Shown here: positions 46,518-56,697 of the stretch, in pieces
How the letters are laid out: every line of letters begins with the position of its first letter
Numbering within the stretch: the first letter of the stretch is position 1
Assembly: GCA_035498035.1 (NCBI GenBank)
Contig: DATKAN010000025.1
Coordinates: forward strand, 17,190-81,189
Source of the DNA: Nitrospiria bacterium
Lineage (GTDB): Bacteria > Nitrospirota > Nitrospiria > JACQBZ01
Direction of reading: 5' to 3'
DNA: 64,000 nucleotides
Notes under the pieces: model-generated
Database searches by the model: none
Seen by the model: the letters and a program-made list of their open reading frames with translations, nothing else
Told to the model about the DNA's origin: nothing
Made by a program: the position numbers and the translations under genes

Positions 46518-47759
46518 ATGGACAAACCGCAGCACCAGAGTCACCGTAAGGAAAACCAGCATTTCAAGGCCGGCTCGAAGCCGACGACTCCCCCGTCCAT
46601 CCCCCCAATGGTTCCCGTTGATCCGTACGAAAAGATCGACGTCTTAAACACGATCTCGGCCACGATCAGCCAGTCCCCGCATCTCACGGCCGCGCTCGGT
46701 GCCACGCTGGAACGGCTCCTCACGTTGACCGAGGCCGACATCGGCTCGATTCACCTACTGGACTCCGCCAGCGGGGACCTGATCCTGTGTGCAAGTCGCG
46801 GCGTCACCCAGTCCTTCATTTACACCGAGCAACGGATCCCCATGGGGGCCTGCCTCTGCGGCCTGGCCATCCGGCTGGGGGAGGTCGTAGTTTCCGACGA
46901 CCTCTCCAAGGACGAACGGCTGATCCGCTCGGCCTGCCGCGATGAACGCTTCGGATCGATGATCAGCGTTCCGCTTCGCGCGCGGGAGAAGACACTGGGG
47001 ATCCTGACCCTTTATTCCAAACGACCCCGGGCTTTCGCTCACGCGGACCGGCCGCTCCTGATCGCCATCAGCCATCATATCGGCGTGGCGGTCGAGAATT
47101 CGCAGCTGGCCTCCAAGACCAAAGAGTCGGCCCTTCTGGAAGAACGCTGGTTGATCGCCCAGGAGCTTCACGACAACATCGCGCAGTCGCTGGCCTATCT
47201 GAATATGCAGACGAAGCTTCTCGAAGACCGCATTCAATCCGAGCCGAAGACCCCGGTCCTGGAAGATTTCCATCACATCCGCAAGGTCATCCAGGACACC
47301 TATCAGGACGTTCGGAGCATGCTGATCGACTTTCGAATTCCGATGAAAGAAAACGAGACGCTGGAGGTCGCGCTTCGAAGGTATTGCCTGGAATTCGGCT
47401 CGCGGACGGGGATTCAGACCGATTTCTTCAGCGATGCCGATCTGTCCCAATTTGAGCCTTCCGTCCACACCCAGATCTTCCGGATCATCCAGGAATCCCT
47501 GTCCAATGTCCGCAAGCATGCCCGCGCGAAAAAAGTGAGCGTCGCGGTCCATGGCGGCGGCTTCGGTCTCCGGATCACGGTTCAAGATGACGGCGACGGA
47601 TTCGACCCAAAAACCGTCGAAGATCCGGCCCGGCAACGGATGGGCCTCTCGATCATGAAAGAACGCGCCGCCTGCCTCCGCGGCACGGTGCGGATCGCCA
47701 CCGTCGTCGGTCAGGGAACTTCGATCCGGATCGAAATCCCCCCTGCTCCGTCCCCCTAG
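46518..47759 (+). CDS. GAF-sensor histidine kinase (HisKA_3/NarX-type)
   Basis: GAF domain. H-box ERWLIAQELHDNIAQSL. HATPase_c with DDGDGFD. Confidence 0.8.
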   Translation: MDKPQHQSHRKENQHFKAGSKPTTPPSIPPMVPVDPYEKIDVLNTISATISQSPHLTAALGATLERLLTLTEADIGSIHLLDSASGDLILCASRGVTQSFIYTEQRIPMGACLCGLAIRLGEVVVSDDLSKDERLIRSACRDERFGSMISVPLRAREKTLGILTLYSKRPRAFAHADRPLLIAISHHIGVAVENSQLASKTKESALLEERWLIAQELHDNIAQSLAYLNMQTKLLEDRIQSEPKTPVLEDFHHIRKVIQDTYQDVRSMLIDFRIPMKENETLEVALRRYCLEFGSRTGIQTDFFSDADLSQFEPSVHTQIFRIIQESLSNVRKHARAKKVSVAVHGGGFGLRITVQDDGDGFDPKTVEDPARQRMGLSIMKERAACLRGTVRIATVVGQGTSIRIEIPPAPSP

Positions 47760-47779
47760 AACGCAAAGGAAAGAGGACG

Positions 47780-48466
47780 ATGCCTCCCGTCAAAGTACTC
47801 GTCGTGGATGATCATACGCTGTTCCGCAAGGGGATCATCAATCTGCTTCAAGCGCAGAGCGGAATCGAGGTGGTGGGGGAGGCCAAAGACGGCCGGGAAG
47901 GCATCGCGCTGGCCAGGCAACTCCGCCCCGACGTCATCCTGATGGACGTGCAGATGCCCGGATGCAACGGCATCGAGGCGACCGGGGCGATCCGCCAGGA
48001 GCTCCCGGAAGCCCGGATCATCATGCTCACCGTTTCAGAACAGGATGAGGACCTTTTCTCGGCCATCAAGGCCGGCGCGCGCGGCTATCTTCTGAAAAGC
48101 GTCGAGCCGGACCACTTGCTGAAAGCGATCGATCTTTTAATGAAGGGAGAGGCCGTGATCCCGCACAACATGGCCTCGAAGCTCCTCACGGAATTTTCGT
48201 CGATCGCCAACAGGCCGGCCTCCAAGGCGGACGCCTCCGGCGATTACCAGCTCCTCACAAACCGCGAAAAAGAAATCCTCCAGACCTTGTCGAACGGCGC
48301 GAGCAACAAGGAGATCGCCAACGCGCTCAATATTTCCGAACACACCGTCAAGATTCATCTCAAAAATATTCTGAAAAAACTCCAGGTGAACAACCGCCTC
48401 CAGGCCGCGGTCTACGCCCACCGGCAGGGTCTCGTCTCCGGCGCCCCCAAGGGCCGCACCCAATAA
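47780..48466 (+). CDS. NarL/FixJ-family response regulator (REC + LuxR HTH)
   Basis: VLVVDDH...D...ILMDVQMPG. C-terminal LuxR-type HTH (LTNREKEILQTLSNGASNKEIA). Confidence 0.85.
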   Translation: MPPVKVLVVDDHTLFRKGIINLLQAQSGIEVVGEAKDGREGIALARQLRPDVILMDVQMPGCNGIEATGAIRQELPEARIIMLTVSEQDEDLFSAIKAGARGYLLKSVEPDHLLKAIDLLMKGEAVIPHNMASKLLTEFSSIANRPASKADASGDYQLLTNREKEILQTLSNGASNKEIANALNISEHTVKIHLKNILKKLQVNNRLQAAVYAHRQGLVSGAPKGRTQ

Positions 48467-48484
48467 GCGCCGCCGGGCGGGTCT

Positions 48485-50797
48485 TCAGCGCATCTTGAAA
48501 TATCGGAAGACGCCCACCTTCAAAAAATCCACCCCGATCAAGATTCCGGCCACCAGCGCCAGCAAGCCCGCGACCAAGGCGGACGGGATCGGAGCCATGA
48601 GAATGCCCCGCGTGGCGAAAATAGCGACAAGGATCATGTCCAGAAACGTGCTCAGCAGGAGCCAGGATCCGGGTCTCGAATGCCAGAAGCGGCGACGCTC
48701 GCGCACCAGGTACACCATGCCCTGGCCGGTAAACACCAGCATGACGAAGATCAGGGTTTGCAGTTGCGGCAAAGGCAGGCGGAGCCAATCGCGCGCCGCG
48801 AAGAACACGGCGAAAGAAAGGATCAGAACCGGCACGGCCAGCGTCCCGGCCGTGAGCATCAAGGTGGGAATGTCCCAGCGGTCCGGTCCGGGGGAATAGG
48901 ACACGCGATCGGCGGCGATGGCCATGGTCACGAAGTCGTTTGTGAAGAGCAGCAGGACCATTAGCAAGGGCGTGATCACCAGAACGCCGGTGAGCATCAC
49001 ACCCAGGCTCAGGAAAATCGCGAATTCCAGGGTCTTGACGATCTTGTTCAGCGTATAGGTCAGCATGCGCTGGTAGATGCGCCGGCTGGTCTCCACGGCC
49101 GCCACCACCTCGGAAAGCCCGGGCTGGGTGAGCACCAGACCGGCGGCCGACTTGGCCACATCCGTGGCCTCCGCGACGGCCACGCCCACCTCGGCCTGCT
49201 TGAGGGCGGGCGCGTCGTTGACCCCGTCCCCGGTCATGCCCGTCACATGGCCGGCCTGTTGCAGGGCGCGTACGAGACGGAACTTGTCCTCCGGAAAGAC
49301 GCGCGCAAACACATCGTAATCCAGCACCCGCACGCCGTCGTCGGCGCGCAGGGCCTCCGCCGGGCAGGCGCGATTCCCGATGCCGACCCGCGAAGCCACG
49401 GCCCGGGCGGTGTCCAGGTTGTCGCCGGTCACCATCAAAACGCGCACCCCCTGTTCCCGCAGTCGGTGGACAAGAGATGCGGAGTCCTCCCGCAGGGGAT
49501 CCTCCAAGGCCAACAGACCCGTGAATCGGAGGGCGCCGTCGACGCCGGCGGCCACGGCCATAACGCGGTAGCCCTCCCCGGCCAGCCGTTCCACTTCCGA
49601 ATTTATTTCGGGCGGCGATGGAACCTGCGCGGCGACCGCGCGCGGGGCCCCCTTGATAATTCGAAGCCTTTGTCCGTCCCGTTCGAAGACGGCCTCCGTG
49701 CGCCGCGTTTCCGGATCGAAGGGGAGAAACTCCGCACGTCGACCCGCGGAAAAAAGCGGGTCGCGCTCCCGGGCGGCGGCGAGGATCGCGAGATCGAGCG
49801 GATCCTGGCCCGCGTCGTCACAGGCCATCGAAGCCAGGCGCAGCAGTTCCTCCTCGGTATGCGGCGGATACGGGCGCAGGGCCGCAAGGCGCAGCCGGTT
49901 CCGGGTCAGGGTCCCGGTCTTATCGCTACAGAGGATGTCCATCCCGGCGGCCTCTTCGATCGCCGAAAGCCGCGTCACCAGCACGCCGCGCGTAATCAAC
50001 TCCTGTGCTCCCAGGGCGGTGGCCAGAGTAAACGTGGCCGGCAGCGCCGCCGGAACCGAGGCGACCAGGAGGATCAAGGCAAAGGGTACCACGTCCGAGA
50101 GGGGCATCCCCGTCGCCACGGAGTAAATCAGCAGCGCGACCACAAGGACCGAGTCCAAGGCGATCAGGTATTTGACGATGGTAAAGATCAGACTTTCGAG
50201 GTGGCTGACGGTTCTTGCGGTTTGAACCAGTTCGGCGGTCTTGCCGAAATAGGTTTGAGTCCCGGTGGCGACGACCTTGCCGGTCGCCTCTCCCCGCTTG
50301 ATCACCGCTCCCGCGTACGCGGTCACACCGGGACCGGCCTCGACCGGGAGCGACTCCCCGGTCAGCGCCGATTGATCGAGCAGCAGGGCGCCCTCGGACA
50401 AACGGATGTCCGCCGGCACCAGATCGCCCAGGCGCAGATACACCACGTCCTCCGGCACCAGTTCCTTGGCGGGGATGCGTTGCCAGCGGTCGTCACGCCT
50501 CACCCGCGCCCGGACGGCGAGCCGATTGCGCAGCAGGGCCAGCGCCTTGTTGGCGCGGTTTTCGTGAACGAAGCTGAGCCCGGCGTTGAAGACCAACAGG
50601 AGGGCGATGATGATCGCCTCATCGGGCTTGTCCAGAAAGAGTTGCAGTACGATGGCCGCTTCCAGCATCCACGGGACCGGCGCCCAGAACTTGCTCAGAA
50701 ATGTCAGCCACGGACGAGGCCGGGTCTCCGCCACCTCGTTCGGGCCGAACCGCTCTAATCGTTCCTTCGCCTGCTTGCTCGTCAATCCCGTCTCCAT
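48485..50797 (-). CDS. P-type ATPase, type IIIA (plasma-membrane H+-ATPase-like)
   Basis: DKTGTLT phosphorylation site, TGDGVNDAPAL hinge. N-terminus GLTSKQAKERLERFGPNEV as in PMA1-type pumps. True ATG at 50797. Confidence 0.8.
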   Translation of the reverse strand: METGLTSKQAKERLERFGPNEVAETRPRPWLTFLSKFWAPVPWMLEAAIVLQLFLDKPDEAIIIALLLVFNAGLSFVHENRANKALALLRNRLAVRARVRRDDRWQRIPAKELVPEDVVYLRLGDLVPADIRLSEGALLLDQSALTGESLPVEAGPGVTAYAGAVIKRGEATGKVVATGTQTYFGKTAELVQTARTVSHLESLIFTIVKYLIALDSVLVVALLIYSVATGMPLSDVVPFALILLVASVPAALPATFTLATALGAQELITRGVLVTRLSAIEEAAGMDILCSDKTGTLTRNRLRLAALRPYPPHTEEELLRLASMACDDAGQDPLDLAILAAARERDPLFSAGRRAEFLPFDPETRRTEAVFERDGQRLRIIKGAPRAVAAQVPSPPEINSEVERLAGEGYRVMAVAAGVDGALRFTGLLALEDPLREDSASLVHRLREQGVRVLMVTGDNLDTARAVASRVGIGNRACPAEALRADDGVRVLDYDVFARVFPEDKFRLVRALQQAGHVTGMTGDGVNDAPALKQAEVGVAVAEATDVAKSAAGLVLTQPGLSEVVAAVETSRRIYQRMLTYTLNKIVKTLEFAIFLSLGVMLTGVLVITPLLMVLLLFTNDFVTMAIAADRVSYSPGPDRWDIPTLMLTAGTLAVPVLILSFAVFFAARDWLRLPLPQLQTLIFVMLVFTGQGMVYLVRERRRFWHSRPGSWLLLSTFLDMILVAIFATRGILMAPIPSALVAGLLALVAGILIGVDFLKVGVFRYFKMR

Positions 50798-50885
50798 TAA
50801 TCGTTTCTCCCGGTCATTTGAAGCATTCCCTTTTTTACTGTTGGGGAGTGGGCTCGCAGTGCGGACCCCGGGGCGACATGGCGGG

Positions 50886-52076
50886 CTACCCCAGCGTCCT
50901 CCGGAACCGCAGGACACTCATGGAAAAGATCGCGACGGCTAGGACGGCCAGCGGGACGACCTGCGGCCAGAGGGTATCGATCCCCTCGCCCTTTAAGAAA
51001 ATACCGCGGATGATGACGAGAAAATACCGCACGGGGGAGAGATAAGAGAGATCCTGGAAAAAGACCGGCATGTTGGCGATCGGGAAGGCGAAACCGGAGA
51101 GGATCATCAGCGGCAGCATGATGAAAAAGATGGTCAGCTGGGCCTGGTTTTGCGTCCGGGAGATCGTCGAGACGAACAGGCCCAGACCCAGCGTGGTCAG
51201 GATATAGACCGCCGCCAGCGCGAACAATAGCGGGATGCTCCCCCGCACCGGGACGTCAAACCAGAAAATCCCGAATAACAATACGATGCCGATGTCGATG
51301 AACCCGATCGCCACAAACGGGAGAAGCTTTCCGATCATCAGCTCCGACCGGCGAAGCGGCGTGATGACCAGTTGTTCGAGCGTCCCGATCTCCTTTTCCT
51401 TTACGATGCCCAGCGCGGTCATCATGCTGGTGATGACGATGAGCAGGACGGCGATGACGCCCGGGATCATGTAATTCTTGCTCAGCAGCTCCGGGTTGTA
51501 CCACACGCGCAGGCGGTTGTCTATCGAGATGCGGGGGCCCGTGCGGATAGAGCCGACAGGGTTCTCCAATTCCCCCGCGCCCCGCTCCCGGTCCGGCAGG
51601 GCCGGTCCCTCGCTTGCCTGGACACGGGTGAGCTCAATGTTGGAGGAAAAAGCTTCCGTAATCCGGTTGATGTAATTGAGACCGATGAGCGCGGTGTTGG
51701 AGTTGCTGCCGTCCAGAATCGCCTGGACCGTGACGGGCCGCCCCCCCCGGAGGCGCCGGCCGAAGTCCGTGGGGAGGACGAGGACGATGACGGCCCGGCC
51801 GCGATCGATCCGCTCGGCCGCTTCGCGGTAGTTGTTCACGGGCTCCTTCACGACGAAGTACTCGGTCGGCGTGAAGGCCCGGATGTAGGCCCGGCTTTCG
51901 GCCGTCCGGCTTTGATCCCAGACCGCGATCGGGAGGTTCTTGATATCGAAGGTCGCTCCATATCCGAGAAGGGTCAACTGGAGGATCGGCGCGATGAACA
52001 GGATCGGGAACAACCGTGGATCCCGCTGAAGTTGCTTGGCCTCTTTCCAGGCCATGGTGAGAATCCGTTGGATCAT
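50886..52076 (-). CDS. ABC-2 family transporter permease (YbhS/YbhR-like)
   Basis: Large periplasmic loop plus 6 TM ABC-2 architecture. Confidence 0.75.
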   Translation of the reverse strand: MIQRILTMAWKEAKQLQRDPRLFPILFIAPILQLTLLGYGATFDIKNLPIAVWDQSRTAESRAYIRAFTPTEYFVVKEPVNNYREAAERIDRGRAVIVLVLPTDFGRRLRGGRPVTVQAILDGSNSNTALIGLNYINRITEAFSSNIELTRVQASEGPALPDRERGAGELENPVGSIRTGPRISIDNRLRVWYNPELLSKNYMIPGVIAVLLIVITSMMTALGIVKEKEIGTLEQLVITPLRRSELMIGKLLPFVAIGFIDIGIVLLFGIFWFDVPVRGSIPLLFALAAVYILTTLGLGLFVSTISRTQNQAQLTIFFIMLPLMILSGFAFPIANMPVFFQDLSYLSPVRYFLVIIRGIFLKGEGIDTLWPQVVPLAVLAVAIFSMSVLRFRRTLG

Positions 52077-53182
52077 CCGGTCTCATTCCCCGCGGCAACG
52101 CGGCGGATGCTGATCGTGATCACGGTCAGGCCGAATCCCAGGAGAATCAGCGTGTGCGGCCAAACCGCTTCGGGCCCGACCCCCTTCAACAGGATCGCGC
52201 GCAGGATGATCAGAAAATGCGTCGAGGGAATCAGGAAGCTCACCCCCTGAAGCGCCCACGGCATGCTTTCGACCGGGAAAATGAACCCGGAGAGGATGAA
52301 GGTCGGGAGGAGCGTGCTGAGCAGACTGATGAAAAAGGCCACGGCCCGCGTTTTGGCGATCGTGGAAATCAGGAGTCCCATACCGAGCGTGGCCAGGAGG
52401 AAGACCAGCGTCTGCCCGAACAACTGGATCGCGCTCCCGCGAAACGGGACCTCGAATACGACCGCCCCGGTCAGCACGGTCAGGAAGATCACGACGAGGC
52501 TGATGATCCCGTACGGAAGCATCTTCCCGAGAATCACCTCCCAGGGCCGGGCCGGGCTGGACAGAAGAATCTCCAGGTTGCCCAGCTCGCGCTCCCGCAC
52601 GACGGCCATGGCCGGAAGGGCGACGCCGATGATCATGATCAGCAACCCGACGATGCCGGGGGTGATGAAGATGGTGCTGTTCATGTCCGGATTGAACCAG
52701 ACACGGCTCTCGACCTCGATGGCCCGGGGGACGGCGGTCCCCCCAAACCGGTCGGGGGAATAAGCGCGGAGCACCTGCTCCACGTATCCTCCCGCCACGC
52801 TGGCGGTGTTGTTGTCCGATCCGTCGAGCAGGATCTGGATCGGAGCCGAAATTCCGGAACTCACGCGATCTCCGAACCGGGGCGGGATTTCAAGATAGAC
52901 GCTGGCTCTCCCCCGATCCAGCAGCTCCGCCTGTCTTCCGCAGGCCTCGGCATCGACGGATTGGAAGTAGCCGGAGCTTAAAAAGGCTCGGGTCAGGGCG
53001 CGGGATTCGGGGGTGCGGTCCCGATCGCAAACCGCCGTCCGGATCTGCTTGATGTCCAGGTTGATCGCGAACCCGAACAGGACCAGAAGCAGGACGGGCA
53101 TCAGGACGACCAGGCCCAGCGTCCGCGGATCCCGCCGGATCTCGATGAATTCCTTGACCATGATCGCCCAAACGGGACCCAT
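52073..53182 (-). CDS. ABC-2 family transporter permease (YbhR/YbhS-like), paralog
   Basis: Same architecture. 4-nt overlap with the downstream permease. Confidence 0.75.
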   Translation of the reverse strand: MGPVWAIMVKEFIEIRRDPRTLGLVVLMPVLLLVLFGFAINLDIKQIRTAVCDRDRTPESRALTRAFLSSGYFQSVDAEACGRQAELLDRGRASVYLEIPPRFGDRVSSGISAPIQILLDGSDNNTASVAGGYVEQVLRAYSPDRFGGTAVPRAIEVESRVWFNPDMNSTIFITPGIVGLLIMIIGVALPAMAVVRERELGNLEILLSSPARPWEVILGKMLPYGIISLVVIFLTVLTGAVVFEVPFRGSAIQLFGQTLVFLLATLGMGLLISTIAKTRAVAFFISLLSTLLPTFILSGFIFPVESMPWALQGVSFLIPSTHFLIILRAILLKGVGPEAVWPHTLILLGFGLTVITISIRRVAAGNETG

Positions 53183-53197
53183 TGTTACCCATTTTCC

Positions 53198-53225
53198 GTA
53201 GGGGCGTACGGCCGTACGCCCCTAC
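53198..53225. repeat. 28-bp perfect palindrome GTAGGGGCGTACGGCCGTACGCCCCTAC (palindrome family C, copy 1)
   Basis: Perfect dyad. Covers the ATPase stop codon. 16 nt upstream of the permease ATG. The other copy at 59738..59765 shares the 11-nt arms GTAGGGGCGTA / TACGCCCCTAC. Confidence 0.6.
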
Positions 53226-54139
53226 ACGGTTTTCGACAACGAGACAAACACGTCCTCGATCGAAGGCTGGATTCGCTCCAGGCGTTCGACCGGGATTCCC
53301 GCTTTCTCCAATGCGGCCCGGAGGGGAGGGATCGCCTCGTCGGCGCGGGGCACCGCCGCGTGAAGATCCTCTCCATAGATATTGACGTCGATGACGCCCG
53401 GAACCCGACGGATCAGGCGGTAGGCCTCGTTGATCCGCCCGGTCCGGACCGTCACTATTTCGTGGTCATGGAATTCGGTCCGGATCCGATAAGGGCTGTC
53501 CAGCGCCGCGAGCCGGCCCTTCCAGATGAAACCGATCCGGTGGCAGCGCTCGGCCTCCTCCATATAATGCGTCGTCACGAAAAGCGTCTTTCCCCTTTCG
53601 GCCAGGCCGTAGAAGTAGTCCCACATCGTCCGCCGGGAAACCGGATCGATCCCGGCCGTGGGCTCGTCCAGAAAAACGACTTCGGGATCATGGACGATGG
53701 CGCAGCCGAGCGCCAGCCGCTGCCGCCACCCGCCGGAGAGCTGAGCCGCCAGGGTTTTTCGGTAGGGTTCGAATTCGAGCGAGGCGATCACCTCCCGGGT
53801 TTTTTCGCGGACCGTCCCGGAATCAAGATACAGCCGCGAATAAAACCACAGGTTCTCCTCCACCGTCAAATCCGAATAGAGGCCGAAACTCTGGGACATG
53901 TAGCCGACCAGCGGTTTGATCCGCTCGTTCTCCCGGTTCACGTCGAAACCCAGGATCGTCGCGGCTCCCGAGGTCGGCCGGAGGATCCCGCAGAGCATCC
54001 GGATCGTCGTGGACTTGCCCGCCCCGTTCGGCCCGAGGAAGCCGAAGATCTCGCCCTTGCGGATTTGAAAACTGACATCGTCCACGGCCGGGACGCTTCC
54101 AAACCGCTTCACCAGGCGTTCGGCTTCGATTGCGTTCAT
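53222..54139 (-). CDS. ABC transporter ATP-binding protein (YbhF-like, single cassette)
   Basis: Walker A GPNGAGKST, signature LSGGWRQRL, Walker B FLDEPT. GGAGAG SD 6 nt upstream of the ATG at 54139. Confidence 0.85.
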   Translation of the reverse strand: MNAIEAERLVKRFGSVPAVDDVSFQIRKGEIFGFLGPNGAGKSTTIRMLCGILRPTSGAATILGFDVNRENERIKPLVGYMSQSFGLYSDLTVEENLWFYSRLYLDSGTVREKTREVIASLEFEPYRKTLAAQLSGGWRQRLALGCAIVHDPEVVFLDEPTAGIDPVSRRTMWDYFYGLAERGKTLFVTTHYMEEAERCHRIGFIWKGRLAALDSPYRIRTEFHDHEIVTVRTGRINEAYRLIRRVPGVIDVNIYGEDLHAAVPRADEAIPPLRAALEKAGIPVERLERIQPSIEDVFVSLSKTV

Positions 54140-54175
54140 GACAACCTCTCCTAAATGGGCTCGGTTCGTAAGGGG

Positions 54176-54271
54176 GTCCTGTCCTTCGGCAGCCCCACCG
54201 TGCTCGCCACCCCGCCCGGCGTAGGGACCCGGGCTCCGCTCGGTGGAGCGCCCCGCCTCGGCCACCCGCTT
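54176..54271. repeat. Repeat family A, copy 2, intergenic between the hlyD-family gene and the ABC ATPase
   Basis: About 90% identity to 1378..1474. Inner hairpin GCCCGG-N9-CCGGGC is perfect here. Confidence 0.6.
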
Positions 54272-54277
54272 ATCCAA

Positions 54278-55264
54278 TTACGGAGCAAGTTCCACGTCGG
54301 CCGGCATCCCGGGCTTCAGTTCGCCGTTCTGATTCTCGACCGCGACCTTCACCTCGAACACCAGCTTGACCCGCTCCTCCTTGGTCTGGATCGTCTTGGG
54401 CGTGAACTCGGCCTTGTTCGAGATATACGTCACCTTGCCGGGATAATTCTTTCCGGGGAAAGTATCGACGGAAACGCGGGCCTTCTGGCCCAGCGTTACG
54501 CGTCCGAGATCCGTTTCCTTGACGTAGATCGTCACCCAAAGATGGTCCAGATCCCCCAGCGTCACGACGGGCATTCCCACCGTCGCGACTTCGCCCGCCT
54601 CCCGGTTTTTAAGCAGCACGGTCGCGGTCAGCGGCGCCGTAAGATGCGTTTGATCGAGCTCCGCCTGGGCGAGCTCCAGTCCGGCCTGGGCCCGATCGAG
54701 GTCCCCGCGGGCCGCGTCGATCAGCTGCCTCCGCGTGCCGGCCTTCAGAAGGTCGAGATGCTCCTTGGCCTCCCGGTGCTTGGCCACCGCCGCGTCGGAG
54801 GCCGTCCGGGCGTGCTCCCACTCCTGATCCGAGGCCACCTTGTCTTTATGAAGACGGTCGAGCCGCTCCCAGTCGGCTTGGGACTTTTCCATGTTGGCCT
54901 GCGCTTCCTCCAGGGAGGCCTCGGCCTTTTTGATCTCCTGATCGCGCGAGCCGGCTTCCAGATTCTGAAGGTTCGCACGGGCCGCAACCCGTTGGGCCTC
55001 GGCCTCCCGAACCCGGGCCTCCAGCTCGCGGCGCTCGATCACGGCCAGGAGCTGGTCTTTTTGTACCCGGTCGCCTTCATCGACCGTGATCCGCTCGATC
55101 CGGCCGGTGACCTTCGGCGCGATCTCGACCTCGGTCGCCTCGATCGTCCCGCTGGCCGCGATCCGAGCCCCGTTCGGGGGGCGATCGAAATACCGGACCG
55201 CCGCGAACGACCCGAGGATCATGCCCGCGACAACCAAGATCGCGACGGCCCGGACCCTCGTCAT
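54278..55264 (-). CDS. HlyD-family membrane fusion protein (YbhG-like)
   Basis: N-terminal TM, coiled-coil hairpin, beta-barrel/lipoyl motifs. Confidence 0.8.
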   Translation of the reverse strand: MTRVRAVAILVVAGMILGSFAAVRYFDRPPNGARIAASGTIEATEVEIAPKVTGRIERITVDEGDRVQKDQLLAVIERRELEARVREAEAQRVAARANLQNLEAGSRDQEIKKAEASLEEAQANMEKSQADWERLDRLHKDKVASDQEWEHARTASDAAVAKHREAKEHLDLLKAGTRRQLIDAARGDLDRAQAGLELAQAELDQTHLTAPLTATVLLKNREAGEVATVGMPVVTLGDLDHLWVTIYVKETDLGRVTLGQKARVSVDTFPGKNYPGKVTYISNKAEFTPKTIQTKEERVKLVFEVKVAVENQNGELKPGMPADVELAP

Positions 55265-56697
55265 CGTTGTTTCTCCTCCCCCCCGCCCCCCGCAAGGACC
55301 TGCCGCCCCAGGGCGCGGTCCAATCGCGCCTTGGCCGACCGGAAATCGTAGACCGCGTTGGTCAGGTTCGCCTGGGCCGAGATCAACAGACTCTCGGCAT
55401 CGAGGACCTCGGTGTTCGTGGTCACGCCCGCCTTGAACCGCTCGTCGGTGATCCGAAAATTCTCCTGCGCCTGATCGACCGCCGTGCGGGCCACGGCGAT
55501 CTTCTCCTTCGCTTCGACCGCGCCCAGGTACTCCCCGCGGACCTCGAGGGCGATCCGGTCCTTCACCGCTTCAAGATCCAGCTCGCTCTGACGCAGCCGC
55601 AGCCGGGCGCGCTCCACCTCTTGCCCGGTTTTCCCCCATTCCCATAAATTCCAGCGCAGAACACCCAAAACCTCCCAGTTTTCCGGAATCACGTTCGTGG
55701 TCTCCTTGGCCCGGTCGTAACTCGCCACCGCGCTCAAGGTCGGATAATAACGGCTTTGTGCCATTCGCCGCCGGACATCCATCGATTGGACCTCGGTCCG
55801 GCCGGCCGCGAGTTCCGGGCGAAGCTCCACCGCGATTGTCACGGCCTCCTCGTAGGAGATCAACTCGGCCGGTTTCTGCTCATCCTCTCCGGACGCCAAG
55901 GTCAACGGCGTCGTGAGTTCCTGGCGAAGCAGATTGTTCATCGTCATCTTGGCGCGATCGGCGTTGTTCTTCGCCGTCAGAAGCCTCTGTTCGGCCTCGG
56001 CTTCGTTGACCGTCGTCTTCAGGACCTCGTTGTACGGAACGCTGCCGGCCTCGTACGACGCCTTCACCACGCGCAGATGCTCCGTCAGATCGCGGACCTG
56101 TTGCTCGGCCACCCCCTGAAGCCGCTCCGTCTTCAGAATATCCCAATAGGCCAGCTCCACCCCGAGGAGAAGATCCTGCAGGTTCTGCTGATGCTGCAAG
56201 TCCGCCAGGGTCGATCCCAATTTCGCGTCCTGATAACTGTAGTACACCGCGCCGCCCGTAAACAACGGCTGCTCGAGCGCCAGGTGCAGACCGTAGTTGG
56301 TCAGATCGCCGAGGGCCAGCTCGGATTGCGACGGCGGAAGCGGGGGGAATGCGTTGAAGGTCCCCGTCGGAACCTGAACCCGCTGGAGGTGCTCATCGCG
56401 GCTGTACCGGGCCTCGGCCGACAGTTTCGGGAAAAAATCGGCGTAGCGGCCCCGGGCCTCGGCCTTCGCGCCCAACACGCCGGCCTCGGAGGATTTCAGC
56501 CCGAGGTTCCGCTCCAGCGCCAGCCGCTTGAAATCCTCCAGCGCCATCGCCCGGGACTCCTCCGGTCCGGTGGACTGCGCGAGCGCCGACGGCACCCCGG
56601 ACAGGACCCCCAGCATAAAGACCCAAAGGATCAACCCGGATCGCGGGGATGTGCGGCCCTGCGCCACCGCATGGAACTTCCTCCAAAGCGTCTTCAT
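55261..56697 (-). CDS. TolC-family outer-membrane efflux channel
   Basis: Signal peptide and duplicated OEP repeats (...ANLLRQELTTPLTL...). ATG at 56697. Confidence 0.8.
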   Translation of the reverse strand: MKTLWRKFHAVAQGRTSPRSGLILWVFMLGVLSGVPSALAQSTGPEESRAMALEDFKRLALERNLGLKSSEAGVLGAKAEARGRYADFFPKLSAEARYSRDEHLQRVQVPTGTFNAFPPLPPSQSELALGDLTNYGLHLALEQPLFTGGAVYYSYQDAKLGSTLADLQHQQNLQDLLLGVELAYWDILKTERLQGVAEQQVRDLTEHLRVVKASYEAGSVPYNEVLKTTVNEAEAEQRLLTAKNNADRAKMTMNNLLRQELTTPLTLASGEDEQKPAELISYEEAVTIAVELRPELAAGRTEVQSMDVRRRMAQSRYYPTLSAVASYDRAKETTNVIPENWEVLGVLRWNLWEWGKTGQEVERARLRLRQSELDLEAVKDRIALEVRGEYLGAVEAKEKIAVARTAVDQAQENFRITDERFKAGVTTNTEVLDAESLLISAQANLTNAVYDFRSAKARLDRALGRQVLAGGGGEEKQR

